A stretch of DNA of 64,000 bases from Paraspadella gotoi (Eukaryota; Animalia; Chaetognatha): contig CM119270.1 of the NCBI GenBank assembly GCA_051294375.1, positions 13,673,833-13,737,832 of the forward strand, in the 5' to 3' direction. How positions within the stretch are numbered: the first letter of the stretch is position 1; each line of letters opens with the position of its first letter. The notes under the pieces are model-generated. The model searched no databases. It saw only the letters and a list, made by a program, of their open reading frames with translations, and was not told the origin of the DNA. Of this stretch, positions 13,001-26,100 are shown in pieces. The position numbers and the translations under genes are program-made.

Positions 13001-14850
13001 ATTCCAGGGCTGCTGCCCCTCTCCTCAAAAAAGGGTGCGGTGGTGTTAGTAGCGGCGGCTGTTGTTCTCACTGGTGAACACTGCACTTGTATAGTGTTGG
13101 TAACCGGTGGCAAGTTTTGATCACTGGAGAGGAAAGCAAATAAATGAAGGAGTATTGCTTTTTTTTTTTCAATAACCACCACGAGAGCTATTCAGTTAAA
13201 TTGGTTTTTTTTTTCCAAGATGAATCACAACAATAACAAAAGCGCAAGGTGTACGATTCAACGTTTGAAATGACAAACATTCTATAAAATTTTAATTAAC
13301 GAACTGGTGGGAGGAGAAGTTGGAAAGAAAAAAATGCAGAAACAAAATTGATAGGATTTTTCATTTAAGGTAGCAATAACAACAACAACAAACCTGTGAT
13401 GGTTGGCCGCCGTATCGACAGAGACCTCGCGGCTGCAGAGTTTGTGAGATCTAGAAGGGGAGCTGTGAGTTGAGGAGTGCGAGGAGCTCCGATGTTTCGA
13501 CCTGAAGTAAAAGGATATGAAAATTGTCATTAAGCGAACGCCATCAAATGGTAGTTTTTCTTTTCGATAAAGCGTCTTATTTACTGACCGATTATAATTA
13601 AATCCAGCGTCGACGGAGACTTCTCTGCTGCAAAGTTTGTGAGATCTCGACGGGGAACTGTGAGTGGAGGAGTGAGAAGAGCTTCGGTGTTTGGACCTTA
13701 ATAGGAAACAAAAATTAACCCATAATTTACTTTTATATCAGCTAGTTTTGAAACGAGTATCATTTAAACCAGACCTGTGCCTGTGATGGTGGTGATGATG
13801 GTGGTGGTGGTGCCGGCCACCGGCCAGCCCGCCCCCGCCTCCGCCGCCGCCGCAGCAATCGCCCGAAGTGGACCGATGCAGAGTCCGGACAACGGACCCG
13901 GCGACGAGGTAGTTGCCGCCGGGGCTGGAGTCGTCGCCGCCGCCGCTGTGGATCGGGTCCGACGTCGCCACGTCCTCAGAGTCAGTCGAAGTCTGCCGGC
14001 TTTTCGAGGAAGCTTGAATGAAGAGGGGGAAGTGTTCTCATTGGGCTCTGGCGCTCTCTCACAATTTTACAACGACTTACTCGAGGTTGCTGCGCTTAGA
14101 ATGCTTGCTGCAGCCTTTGGATCTGAAGTCACTGCTTTTCGATGCTGTATTAATTTCTGACATTTGAGAAAGCGTGAAATTGATATTGAAGACCAGATTG
14201 TCAATTGAAGCTTGTGCTTTAGTCTAGCCCGGCAACACTGCCAGAAACGAATCAAACTCACTTGCAAATTGTCCCTTTGTTGCTTGGAGTAAATTCCGTT
14301 GTTGCTCGTGGCTGCTGTATGAATCGCCTTGATACGAATCAAGTTTAGATTCTCTGTTAATAAATGAGACGAGAGCAACCGGTCAGCTGGAAGCTCACCT
14401 GAATCGATCTGTCGATAGACTTGACGATGTCGTTATAGTTGGCCGTCTCATCCTTAGAGATATAGTTGACTGGAACAAACCCAATGACGCCCAGCCCATT
14501 TTGAACCTGGGAATGATTCGCTTGTGATTGTAAAACATGACGTTCGGCATATGATAGCTTAAAGAAAGACTCAAACCAAAATGCTCAACTCGATAATTTG
14601 ACTATTACTTTTTCCCCCGAAATGTCGAATTTTAAAAGAATTAGCCAACTTCCAGGAATAAATATAAGAAACTTTCCAAAGTTGTGCAAAAGCTAGATAT
14701 TCTTAAAAAATAAATCATTGCGTCAATTACGCGTCGGACCTGCCACCAGGTGTCCCTGGAGGAGTCCAAGACGGTGAACTTGTCCCCGGCCTTGATGTTG
14801 AGGATCCGAGGATCGTCGGACCGAAAGTCGTAGAGGGCGCGGTACATCAT
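7091..14850 (-). CDS. NCKIPSD: NCK-interacting protein with SH3 domain (SPIN90/WISH/DIP family), multi-exon
   Basis: N-terminal SH3 (MYRALYDFRSDD...WWQV-QNGLGVIGFVPVNY); motifs CKDDLQQRSWHLHEDEAVILEYLEE, LVLYYQME, SVLPVELARDMQ, LLSTGEPLPVHHY, LLFNRGEDPV and LFYTNDSKVLLDIILR are characteristic of the SPIN90 armadillo/LRD region. Last exon ~7503-7091. Confidence 0.93.
7559..8497 (-). mobile_element. Internally deleted Tc1-family DNA transposon in the last NCKIPSD intron
   Basis: TIRs CAGATTTGGACAAAAAAAGTTTAA / (rc) CAGATCTGGTCAAAAAAAATTTAA, TA on both flanks; ORF remnants encode an HTH (VVELWMVGLSEYRIAKQF...TTICRVFNKF) and a degenerate WPxNSPDLNPIENVW motif (WHGNLPDYNTIENVW). Confidence 0.9.
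9764..10445 (+). mobile_element. Degenerate DINE-1/HINE-like copy
   Basis: 9764-9890 is the reverse complement of ~20300-20425, including the GTCC/GTCT microsatellite. The right boundary is approximate. Confidence 0.55.
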
Positions 14851-17172
14851 CTCATCGCAGTGTAGGCGTCGTCGTCATCGGCGCCGATTGCCGCGACATC
14901 TTTGGTTCATCGCTCTCGAGGTCTATGAGTTGACTGAGCGAGAAGGAAGTTCAGTGAATTTTATTTTTATGAGTCAAATAAAATTATAGAAATTTTGTTG
15001 TTATGAAATCATAGAAGATACAGAGCCATCCTAATAATTGATATAAAATTATATAGCCGTCCTAATGATTGATTGGTTGTTTTGTTATAGCTAGTTTTAG
15101 TCTCTTCGAGAATAGATTCTAAATGCTGGTAGCAAAAGATTCATACCCGAAAAAAAATCATATCAGTACGACAAAACATTTTGAATGGACTAAAGATGAG
15201 GCTCGATCTATGGATTGATGTCAAAATACCGTAATTACAAAACGCGCATCACATCATAATGTGCTTTCTTCCGTAAATCACTGTCACGCACTCACCTGTT
15301 TAGCGCGGACTAGTATAAACCATGACGAAAGTTGTGCGTCGACCGAATTTAACGATTGGAAAGTAACGAAGACTGACGTTTTTATCAGTTTTCAGTCCTT
15401 TTTCGGGCGGAGGGGGAATGGGGGGTGAAAAAACCTCAGTTTTCATATACTAAAGAGGAGTAGAAAAACCCAGGAGGGCACAGCTCATAGATCTGTTTGT
15501 GAGGCTGGTAAGGTGGCCGAGAGACATCTCATCCGACTCCCTTCCTCTTCCTCTTCCGCCTCAATTAAGTGCCACTCTTCCTCCTGACACTTCCCCGTCC
15601 AAATATCATCACCGGTTATGTTTTCTGGTAAAAATCTGCGCAGCATTTTCCTCTTCCCGATCCCCTTGGTTTAAACCGCGAGAACAATCGTCCTCACTCT
15701 CTCGCTCTTTCTCTCTATCTCTCGCTCTCTCGTGTTGGATAACGCCTCTAAATGACACGCAATGTGTAATTTTATGAGAAAAACTAGCTGACGAGAATCT
15801 AGGGTATTCATTAAAAATCGCTTTAGGAACTCCGTCTTCTCAGGATGAATATTCTCTCCAAAATTATAGAATTTAAGGTTTATTGTATTTTAAAATATTT
15901 TTTTCTTACTTATATTTCCTAGTAGTTGTAAAGTATTTTTGAATTTGCAGAGCCCAATAGCAGAAAGTCCATAAACGGCCAGAGGCCGAGTTATTTTATT
16001 CTTTTATAGGTTCAACAAATTTGCATTATAATGGATGGCAGTCATTGTTCCAAATGATGCGTGCTTTATGTCGAATGTCGTAAAATTAAATGTAAAATCC
16101 ATTTCGTTCCTGGTGACTTCCTCCCTGCAATTCATTTCATCATTTTTGTTCCTAACTGTCACGACACAGACTGAGTGAGGACGCATTAACCGAAAGATTA
16201 TTTTGTTTTTGATGGCCGTGTCGAAACTGACCAGTGACCACTTCACGAGGGAAGAATTGCTTTGTCAAAAGTGTTGCCATAAAAAAGACACAAAATAACA
16301 ATTCACAGCACCAAGTAAATACAACTAACAACCAAACACCAGGTTTGTAGATCTATATGAAATTGGTAAAACCAACATAAAAATTATCCATTCATTTAAT
16401 AAATAAGCTATCTGACTTTGGACAGGCTTTGGTGGTTTAACCTTAACTATTTAAATATTTAACTACTTAACTATTTAACCTTAACTATAACTATAAAAAG
16501 TCTCCAATAAATAATCATTACTGTACTAATAATAAATTTTTAGGAATAATTCGGTATGAAAGTAGAACCAATCATTCAGTCCCCAATTTATAGATTCTGC
16601 CAAGAAGCTTTTTGGAAAGTTAAAATAGCTAATAGTATTTCTCTTGAACTACTGACTGGTGCCTTAAAAAAATAAAAATAAAAACAAAAGCGAAATGAAG
16701 GATTGTAACTGTCTGAAAACGACATTTAATAGCATTCTGATTACCAGGTTGCAAAGATTTAAAAGAAAATCAACATGAAATTGACGGCATCTAGTTGAAT
16801 CGGACTCATCGGAGTACAAATAAAAAAAATAATAATTAATATAAACACCTAATAAACAAATTTAGGGAGAACAAATTTAAAGTTTGAAAGAGTTTTAGTA
16901 TTCCAGCCACGGGGAAGAGAAAGAAAGATGAGGGGGGGGAACGGGTCCTCCTTCAACCTTTACTCGTCGACAATCAATAAACCATTTTTTTCTTACTCTT
17001 ATTACGCCGAAACTTTTTTAATGGCGTATGATTTAAAAAGTTTACTTAAATTTATTCAGAATTTTCCTATTCCAGTTTTTATTTTAGAGTCACTGACAAT
17101 CACGGTAATTGCAAGGAGTGAAACCCTTCCTACAATCCGCTCCCCATTTTCTTCTTCCCCCTTCCCCACCCA

Positions 17173-20100
17173 TCAAACGTAAACGGCTGGGCTGACGCCC
17201 GTTGCCCTTCGGGCTGGCGAGGGTGACTCAGACCCACCGTCCAGTCGATCGGGCCGATCAGGAGGCTGTGGTGGAGGTGGTGGCGGTGGCATCCGCGCCG
17301 GGGGCGATGGTGGTTCGAGGCTCGAGGGTAAGTTTTGGTGCGGCGGTGGATTGGGGGGCGGAAGATGGGGAGGAGGAGTAGGTGGTAAAGGGGTGGGTCG
17401 CGAATGAGGAGGCGGCGGAGGCGGGGGATCTCCTGTCGTTGCGGCCGACGCTGCCGCAGACGCCGTAGTTTTTTCCGTCTTTTTTCTCATTCGACGGAGT
17501 TCCTTCTTCTCCGTCATGAGATCCAAAGTGTTGACAGAGTTTTGAAGTCTCGCTCCGCCGCCTTCGCCGCGCCCGGCGTCTCGCGGCGACGAGGAGTCCG
17601 AAGCTGGAGCGTCCTCTTGCCATTCGGTCGAGATGCCACTGTCGTTATTGGCGAGAGCGGCGACGGCGGCGGCCACCGCCGAAGCGGCCGTCGTCGACTG
17701 TTTCTGAGGCTTAGACGCAGCATACTCAGATCCGTCCCACGCCAGGGGCTTCTGATCATTCGACTGAGAGTTTGGGGAGATAAATGTGAAATTGTGCAAA
17801 GACTGAAGAACAGAAACAATAATAATTCGACCACCTGTTGCGGTGCGGCGGCGATGCTCGGTGACGGGGTGTGGATGTGAGCAGCAATCTGGCGAGAGCC
17901 GGAAGTGGAGGAGGAGGCGTTGGAAACGCCGGTCGCCATCGACGACGAAGGGCAACCGCCCGCGCTGCCGGGCGTGCTGAGAGGAATTAAAAAGGCAATT
18001 CCACAGATCAATAAATTAAGAAAATACGAGACAAGTCTTCCTCTAACGACTTCATTAATTCCCACCACCTGGAACGATCGTTGCTCATTCCCGTTGCAGG
18101 CGTTCCGCCGCTGCCTCGACTTCCCATAGTTTGTCCCTGAGCCGCCAAAGCGAGTAAACGAAGCATCGTTTCAATGTCCACCTAAAAGGAGAAACGATAT
18201 TAAGTTGCACCAACAGAAACTTGTTAATCGAAAAACAAAGATATTTTTATCCACCCAAACCCAACCTGTATTCCATTAGAGCATCTCATTAAGGCCTCGT
18301 TGATATCTAAGTCGGTGAAATCGAGTTTGTAGACTTTCGAGTATGAATGAATCACTGTGGTATGAATACAAAATGAGTTATGAAAATTACATGTTTAAAG
18401 TTATCAGTTTTCTTCCCTCCCTTACCTGAAAGAGACTCCTCGACCTCGAGAAAGCCGTCCTGGTCGACGTCCTTCAGGTAGAGGGCGCTGGCGAGTTTGG
18501 CGAACCCATACTGATGCTGCTGCTCCACCGAAGGCTCCGCCGCTGCCGCCGCCATCAACTGTTGCTGCTGATGCTGGTGGAGGGCGAGGTGGCGTCGGGT
18601 GGCGCCAGGCGTCAGTGTGGCGCTGTGGTGGATAGCGCCGCTTGGGGTGGCGCTGCCCGTACCGCTAGAAGGAGAGGTAGGGCCCTGGGAGAGAGGTGTG
18701 CCTGCGAGGCAGCGCTTGAGTTTATCCTGAGTGAGGACAACGAAGATTACACCGATTTTAATTGGAACAGCGAACAACGTCTTGCAATCAATCAATTTGA
18801 ACCCAAATAAAATACCTGATTAGCGTTTATTCTGTCTAGCGTTCTGGCAGAGTCATTGCCGCTGTAGAAAGTGAACGAAGCTTTCTTGTCGATGTTAAGG
18901 TCGTCCCTCGATCGGCCCTGAAGGAAGGTCCCTTCCAAGTCGGCGATCGCCGCCACTACGGGCGAAGGTCCGTACTTGTATCGGCTCATCGAGTAGTCGG
19001 AGTTCGACTCGTTCCTTTTTTTTGGATGAAGATTATTTACCACTTCCTTTTAACTTTCGTTCATAATCTCTACTTTCCCTCTGCGCTAACCTCAGCATCC
19101 CCTTCTTGAAGACGAGGGCACAGAGGACGAGAACCAGGACGACGATGAGAAGGACGACGGCGAGGACGACGAGGAGCCCGGCGTGGCGGAGAAACCACGT
19201 GCCGACTAGAGTCGAGGCGGGCGACTTTCTGTCGGCACCGCGACCGGAAGCCACCAGGCGAATAACCTTAGAATCATAGAAATATGGTTTTTTTTTAACA
19301 AATTCATCTTACACTCATGTGAAAAAAAAAAACACTTTAAAACTTTAAATTCCAGACGTTCCATGACAAATTTTAATAAAAATTTTTAAAAATTTTAAAA
19401 AATCTATGTGTATAAATTTTAACAAAATCGGTTAAGTGATTTAATAAATATGAATATAAATATAATAATATAAATATAAATATAAATATGAGTGTTCCAA
19501 AACAAGATGGGAAAATCGAATTTTATTTCAAAATTTCAGAATCATTGACCTTTCATTCATCTTATTTTATAATAACTTTAAAATTATTATTTAATATCTG
19601 GGTCAATCCAGTTGACCGGCTATCTTTCCGGATGTTTAATACAATTTTTTTAAATATTTAATCAATTAAAAAGAATAAAAATATTTAAAATAAATTATTC
19701 TTCAATAAATCAATTTTTTTTGTTTTGCTTTGCTTTAAAAAATTACTGCTCTTAAATGGATAGCCTGATTTTTAAATAATTTATACTAAACTTTTTAATT
19801 TTTATTAATATTCAAAATATATAAACTAATTTATAAAGTGTAAAGTGATGTAAAGTGGCGCGTTTTTTTTTTCACATGACTGTACACGATTAAACAAGTT
19901 TGAGCAAACAATGCCGGATCTGCCAACGATCATTAGCGGTAAGCAGCTGATCCGATAATTAATTATTTAATAAATAAATTAAGTAATTAACTAATTAATA
20001 TTAATTTTTTTAATTCGAGTCAAAATCGTCTTTCACTTTGTCTCACCTCTTAATAACAAAACAACAATCTCGATCACAAAATTAATTAATAAATTAATTA

Positions 20101-23100
20101 ATTACAAAATAATCAATAATTATTAATTATTAATTTATTAAGAATTAAATTTACCTTTTTTGTTTTTTCCAATATAACTCATTTTCACTTGGAAGATTCC
20201 ATCGCAACTTGATTTCCTGCTCAATCACACACTTTCCTACCCATATACAAAATTTCAAGTCAATCGCCCCATGCACTTGGCGTTCAAAACTAATGGGGGA
20301 CGGATGGACTGACGGACAGATAGACATCAATTTTTTTGCATATTTTATCATAATTCGATATTCTGAGATGGTTTAAGTGACTTACCGACAAGATTTTGGG
20401 GTGGGACCGACGGACCGACAAAGTGTATTAGAGAGCCGTAATCTGGTGTAAGCAGATCCGGCTAAAAAACTGAATTTAAGGTAATAAATACTTTAAAATT
20501 GTTCAATTGTACTTCTTTCACCTTCGAGACGGGGGGTGCTCCTCCGCGTGATGCGATGCGAAGAGTGACGTCGACGACTTCCATTCCGTCGAAGAGTCGA
20601 TCTTCCACGGGGTGCTCGATTCTAAAGGGGGAAACAAAGTGGGAAAACAAGATAATGTGACGTTATCATAACTTTTAAACATTACATTAAATTTAATCAA
20701 GATATTACATTCACTTTTATATCTTTCCTTTTTTTCTCTGCCATTTCTGTGTTATCTTTCTATTCTTCCCTTCTATTCTTCTATTCTCGCTTCTCCCCCC
20801 ATCACCTGACTCCACCCGCAAAGGTCGATATCATCTCTTCGTCCTGAGGCACCGCGCCACCCCCTATGTCCCACGTGATGTTTTCCATCGGTGGGACGGG
20901 ATTCACCAAAATGTCGCATTTGATCTTGTGCTTTTGTTTGTTTTTCTTTGCATCGACTGACACCACAAGTTTTTCCGGACAGATGATGGTCGGCCCGAAA
21001 GCCATCTGGACCTGGAAAACGTAGGAAGGGAGGTGAGAGGAGAAGAGGGTTAAAAGAGGCTACATTTCGGTCAGGTTTTACTAGCCGCAATCGGAGGTCG
21101 CAGCGAAAAATAGTGTCCGGACTTCGGCTGTAGCTGTGTTAGATATTTTACTTCTGCCGGTTTTTAAATTTTTTTTGCATTTTTTCTTTTATTTCAAACT
21201 TTTTTCCTCTGACTCAACTAACCGTAATATCCTTTTTTATATAGGTGGTGGACTGTACGGCGTCAGGGATCCTGAGTGTGAGGGACTGCGCGGGCATGGC
21301 GGTTGTGAGGTGGTCCAGAACGAGGCTCACGTTGATCCCGTACGGCGTCTTCAACGCCTTTTGGTTCATCTCGCTGGCGCTGATGTGGACGACCTCGCCG
21401 TGGGGAAAGCGCCACGACATGCTTCGAAAACGGAGATAAAGAGATTGAGAAGTTAAGAAAGTTGAAAAATTAAAATGAAACGGAAGAGAAGATAAATGAG
21501 AGCGAGAGAATTCTGGCAAGATGTCATCAGTCTCTCTCGGCTTTGAATTTCTTTCCTTTCGCCAAGATTATCCTCGCTTTTTTTTTCCTAACTCTCACTC
21601 TCTCTCTCTCTCTTTCTCTCTCTTTTACCTTCCGTATTCCGGAAGCGGATTCGCAACAATGGAGCAGAACACTTTGTGCACCGGATCCTTCTCCTCGACA
21701 GTTTGAACCGACGGGCACACCATTTTCGGCTTGATCAGCAACTTGAGGCTGTAGTCGCACAGCAGCCGAGGATCTGAAGGGTCCCAGGCCTAGGAGGGCG
21801 AAGTTGAAGGAAGAGACGATGACAAAATACGTAAACCTATTGGTTGTACCAATTCCTCAAGCAACTACTGTAGATAGGTTAGGAAATTAACCTCGTGAAT
21901 GACGATACAGCGAACGTGTTGTCCGTGTTGTTTATATCGCGGTTTAAACTTCAAGACACGAGAGGTGATGTCCTTATTGTACATAGAGTTGCCAGAGACG
22001 GAGACGTTTCCAACCTGAGAAACAAGTGATGGTAATATGCATATTCGCGTCACAAACTTATCAATACCGAATACACTACAAAAAGAACTTGGACACAATT
22101 TTACTTTCGCCGACCGGAACCGAGCTGGTCGGTTATTTTTCGGTTCGCATATACCTCTACCTATATACATTATACATTAAGGCGTAGTAAAATTTTAAAA
22201 TTTAACTTTAATTAAAATTCTAAAAGTGAGGAACTAACAACATTATACTAATGAACATTTATGTAATAAAAAAATTTATAATAAATTTTATAATTTATGC
22301 AGTAGGCATATTTATACTAGTACTAAACCAATAAAAGTTAAAATTCAAAACAGTTTTTTTTAAAATTTTTTTGCAGATTTGGATTCGTCATAAAAAGTTG
22401 ATAAAAAGAAATATAACTCTTTTTGAAAAATTCCTTCATTAAGTGGGTCAAAAATTAAAAAAGCTATATTTTAAGCTGAAAATTAACTTTTTATATATTA
22501 ATTATAGTTTTTTTAATTTTTAACCAACTTAATGAAAGAATTTTAAAAATGATTTATATTTTCTTTCTATCAACTTTTGACGAGGAATTCAAATCTGTAA
22601 TCAAAATTAAGAAAAGCCTATTTTGAAATTTTTCGATTTTATAAGGATATTACTATATATAAATAGAGCCTACTGCAAAAATTAAAAACATAAAATTAAT
22701 TTTTATTATAAATTAATGTTCACTGATGATATGTTGTTCATAATTGACTTTTAGAATTTTTGTATGTAACTTTCACTACGCCTTATTATACATAAACCTG
22801 TTACAACAAGAAAAAAAAGTAAAATTTGATTAAAATTAGTGGGAGGGCGAGGGGTGGTTAGGGTAATGGGGGTAAAGGGTGGTTAGGGTTTAGGGTGGTT
22901 AGGGTTGGCTCGGGTAAGGGTGGTTAAGGTAAAAGGTAGTTTGGGTTTAGGGTAATTAGGGTTAAGGGTGGTTTGTGTTAGGGGTGGTTACGAACCATTA
23001 TTCTTTTTTTCAAACCGACCGACAAGATCCTAAACACTGAATGTACAATTTTACCAGAACTTAATTAGTGTTAGTTATTAGTTAATTAGCGCGAAGACAA

Positions 23101-26100
23101 TGTATCAAAAACCGAACTTTCATACAAATCGCGACGACTTANNNNNNNNNNNNNNNNNNNNNNNNNGAGAGCCGTAATCTGCTGTAAGCAGATCCGGCTA
23201 AAAAACTGAATTTAAGGTAATAAATACTTTAAAATGTTCAATTGTACTTCTTTCACCTTCGAGACGGGGGTGCTCCTCCGCGTGATGCGATGCGAAGAGT
23301 GACGTCGACGACTTCCATTCCGTCAGAGTCGATCTCCACGGGGGTGCTCGATTCTATTCTAGAAAGGAAACAAATGGGAAAACAAGATAATGTTGACGTT
23401 ATCATAACTTTTACAATACTTAATTCAACGTTATATCTTTCCTTTTTTTCTCTGCCATTTCTGTGTTATCTTTCTATTCTTCCCTTCTATTCTTCTATTC
23501 TCGCTTCTCCCCCCATCACCTGACTCCCCCGCAAAGGTCGATATCATCTCTTCGTCCTGAGGCACCGCGCCACCCCCTATGTCCCACGTGATGTTTTCCA
23601 TCGGTGCGACGGATTCACCAAAATGTCGCATTATCTTGTGCTTTTGTTTGTTTTTCTTTTGCATCGACTGACCACCACAAGTTTTTCCGGACAGATGATG
23701 TCGGCCCGAAAGCCATCTGAGACCGGAAAAACGTAGGAAGGGAGTGAGAGGAGAAGAGGGTTAAAAGAGGCTACATTTCGGTCAGGTTTTACTAGCCGCA
23801 ATCGGAGGTCGCCAGCGAAAAAATAGTGTCCGGACTTGGCTGTAGCTGTGTTAGATATTTTACTTCTGCCGGTTTTTAAATTTTTTTGCATTTTTCTTTT
23901 ATTTTCAAATTTTTCCTCTGACTCAACTAACCGTAATATCCTTTTTTATATAGGTGGTGACTCGTACGGCGTCAGGGATCCTGGAGTGTGAGGGACTGCG
24001 CGGGCATGGCGGTTGTGAGGTGGTCCAGAACGAGGCTCACGTTGATCCCGTACGGCGTCTTCAACGCCTTTTGGTTCATCTCGCTGGCGCTGATGTGGAC
24101 GACCTCGCCGTGGGGAAAGCGCCACGACATGCTTCGAAAACGGAGTATAAAGAGATTGAGAAGTTTAAGAAGTTGAAAAATTAAATGAAACGGAAAAGAG
24201 AAGATAAATGAGAGCGAGAGAATTCTGGCAAGATGTCATCAGTTCTCTCCGGCTTTGAATTTCTTTCCTTTCGCCAAGATTATCCTCGTTTTTTTTTCCT
24301 AACTCTCACTCTCTCTCTCTCTCTTTCTCTCTCTTTTACCTTCCGTATTCCGGAAGCGGATTCGCAACAATGGAGCAGAACACTTTGTGCACCGGATCCT
24401 TCTCCTCGACAGTTTGAACCGACGGGCACACCATTTTCGGCTTGATCAGCAACTTGAGGCTGTAGTCGCACAGCAGCCGAGGATCTGAAGGGTCCCAGGC
24501 CTAGGAGGGCGAAGTTGAAGGAAGAGACGATGACAAAAACGTAAACCTATTGGTTGTACCAATTCCTCAAGCAACTACTGTAGATAGGTTAGGAAATTAA
24601 CCTCGTGAATGACGATACAGCGAACGTGTTGTCCGTGTTGTTTATATCGCGGTTTAAACTTCAAGACACGAGAGGTGATGTCCTTATTGTACATAGAGTT
24701 GCCAGAGACGGAGACGTTTCCAACCTGAGAAACAAGTGATGGTAATATGCATATTCGCGTCACAAACTTATCAATACCGAATACACTACAAAAAGCAACT
24801 TTGCGACACAATTTTACTTTCGCCGACCGGAACCGAGCTGGTCGGTTATTTTTCGGTTCGCATATACCTCTACCTATATACATTATACATTAAGGCGTAG
24901 TAAAATTTTTAAAATTTAACTTTAATTAAAATTCTAAAAGTGAGGAACTAACAACATTATACTAATAAACATTTATGTAATAAAAAAATTTATTAATAAA
25001 TTTTATAATTTATGCAGTAGAGCCATATTTTATACTAGTACTAAACCAATAAAAGTTAAAATTTCAAAACAGTTTTTTTTTAAATTTTTTTGCAGATTTG
25101 GATTCGTCATAAAAAGTTGATAAAAAAGAAACTCTTTTTTGAAAAATTCCTTCATTAAGTGGGTCAAAAATTAAAAAAAGCTATTATTTTAAGCTGAAAA
25201 TTAACTTTTTATAATTAATTATAGTTTTTTTAATTTTTTAACCAACTTAATGAAAGAATTTTTAAAAATGATTTATATTTTTCTTCTTATCAACTGTTGA
25301 CGAGGAATTCAAATCTGATATCAAAATTAAGAAAAGCCTATTTTTGAAATTTTTCGATTTTATAAGGATATACTATATATAAATATAGCCTACTGCAAAA
25401 AATTAAAAACATAAAATTAATTTTTATTTACAAATTAATGTTCACTGATGATATGTTGTTTCATAATTGACTTTTAGAATTTTTGTATGTAACTTTCACT
25501 ACGCCTTATTATACATAAACCTGTTACAACAAGAAAAAAAAGTAAAATTAGATTAAAATTAGTGGGAGGGCGAGGGGGTGGTTAGGGTAATGGGGGTAAA
25601 GGGTGGTTAGGGTTTAGGGTGGTTAGGGTTGGCTCGGGTAAGGCGTGGTTAAGGTAAAAGGTAGTTTGGGTTTAGGGTAATTAGGGTAAGGGTGGTTTGT
25701 GTTAGGGGTGGTTACGAACCATTATTTCTTTTTTTCACACCGACCGACAAGATCCTAAACACTGAATGTACAATTTTACCAGAACTTAATTATGTTAGTT
25801 ATTTAGTTAATTAGCGCGAAGACAATGTATCAAAAACCGAACTTTCATACAAATCGCGACGACTTACGAGCCAGGAGAGAGTTGGCTTGCTCGGTCCTCT
25901 GCTCTGCACCGCGCAACTAAGTTGCATCTCCTTCTCTTCCTCGATGGTCGGAAGAGGCGGGCGTCGCGTTGGCGAACAAGCGGGCGCCGTGATCACCGTC
26001 AGCAAAGCCTGCACTTGATTGCCGCATGTGTAGGATCCCGCGTCCTCAACTTGGAGATCCCGGATTACGAGGGTAACGCTGTCGGATTTTTCGCTGAGCG

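Noticed and set aside
20431-25866. Apparent internal duplication of Ig-domain exons (Dscam-like alternative exon cassette)
   Set aside because: Introns and MITEs are duplicated almost identically, differences are mostly single-base indels, and a 25-N gap sits exactly at the junction. This is the pattern of an unmerged contig overlap.
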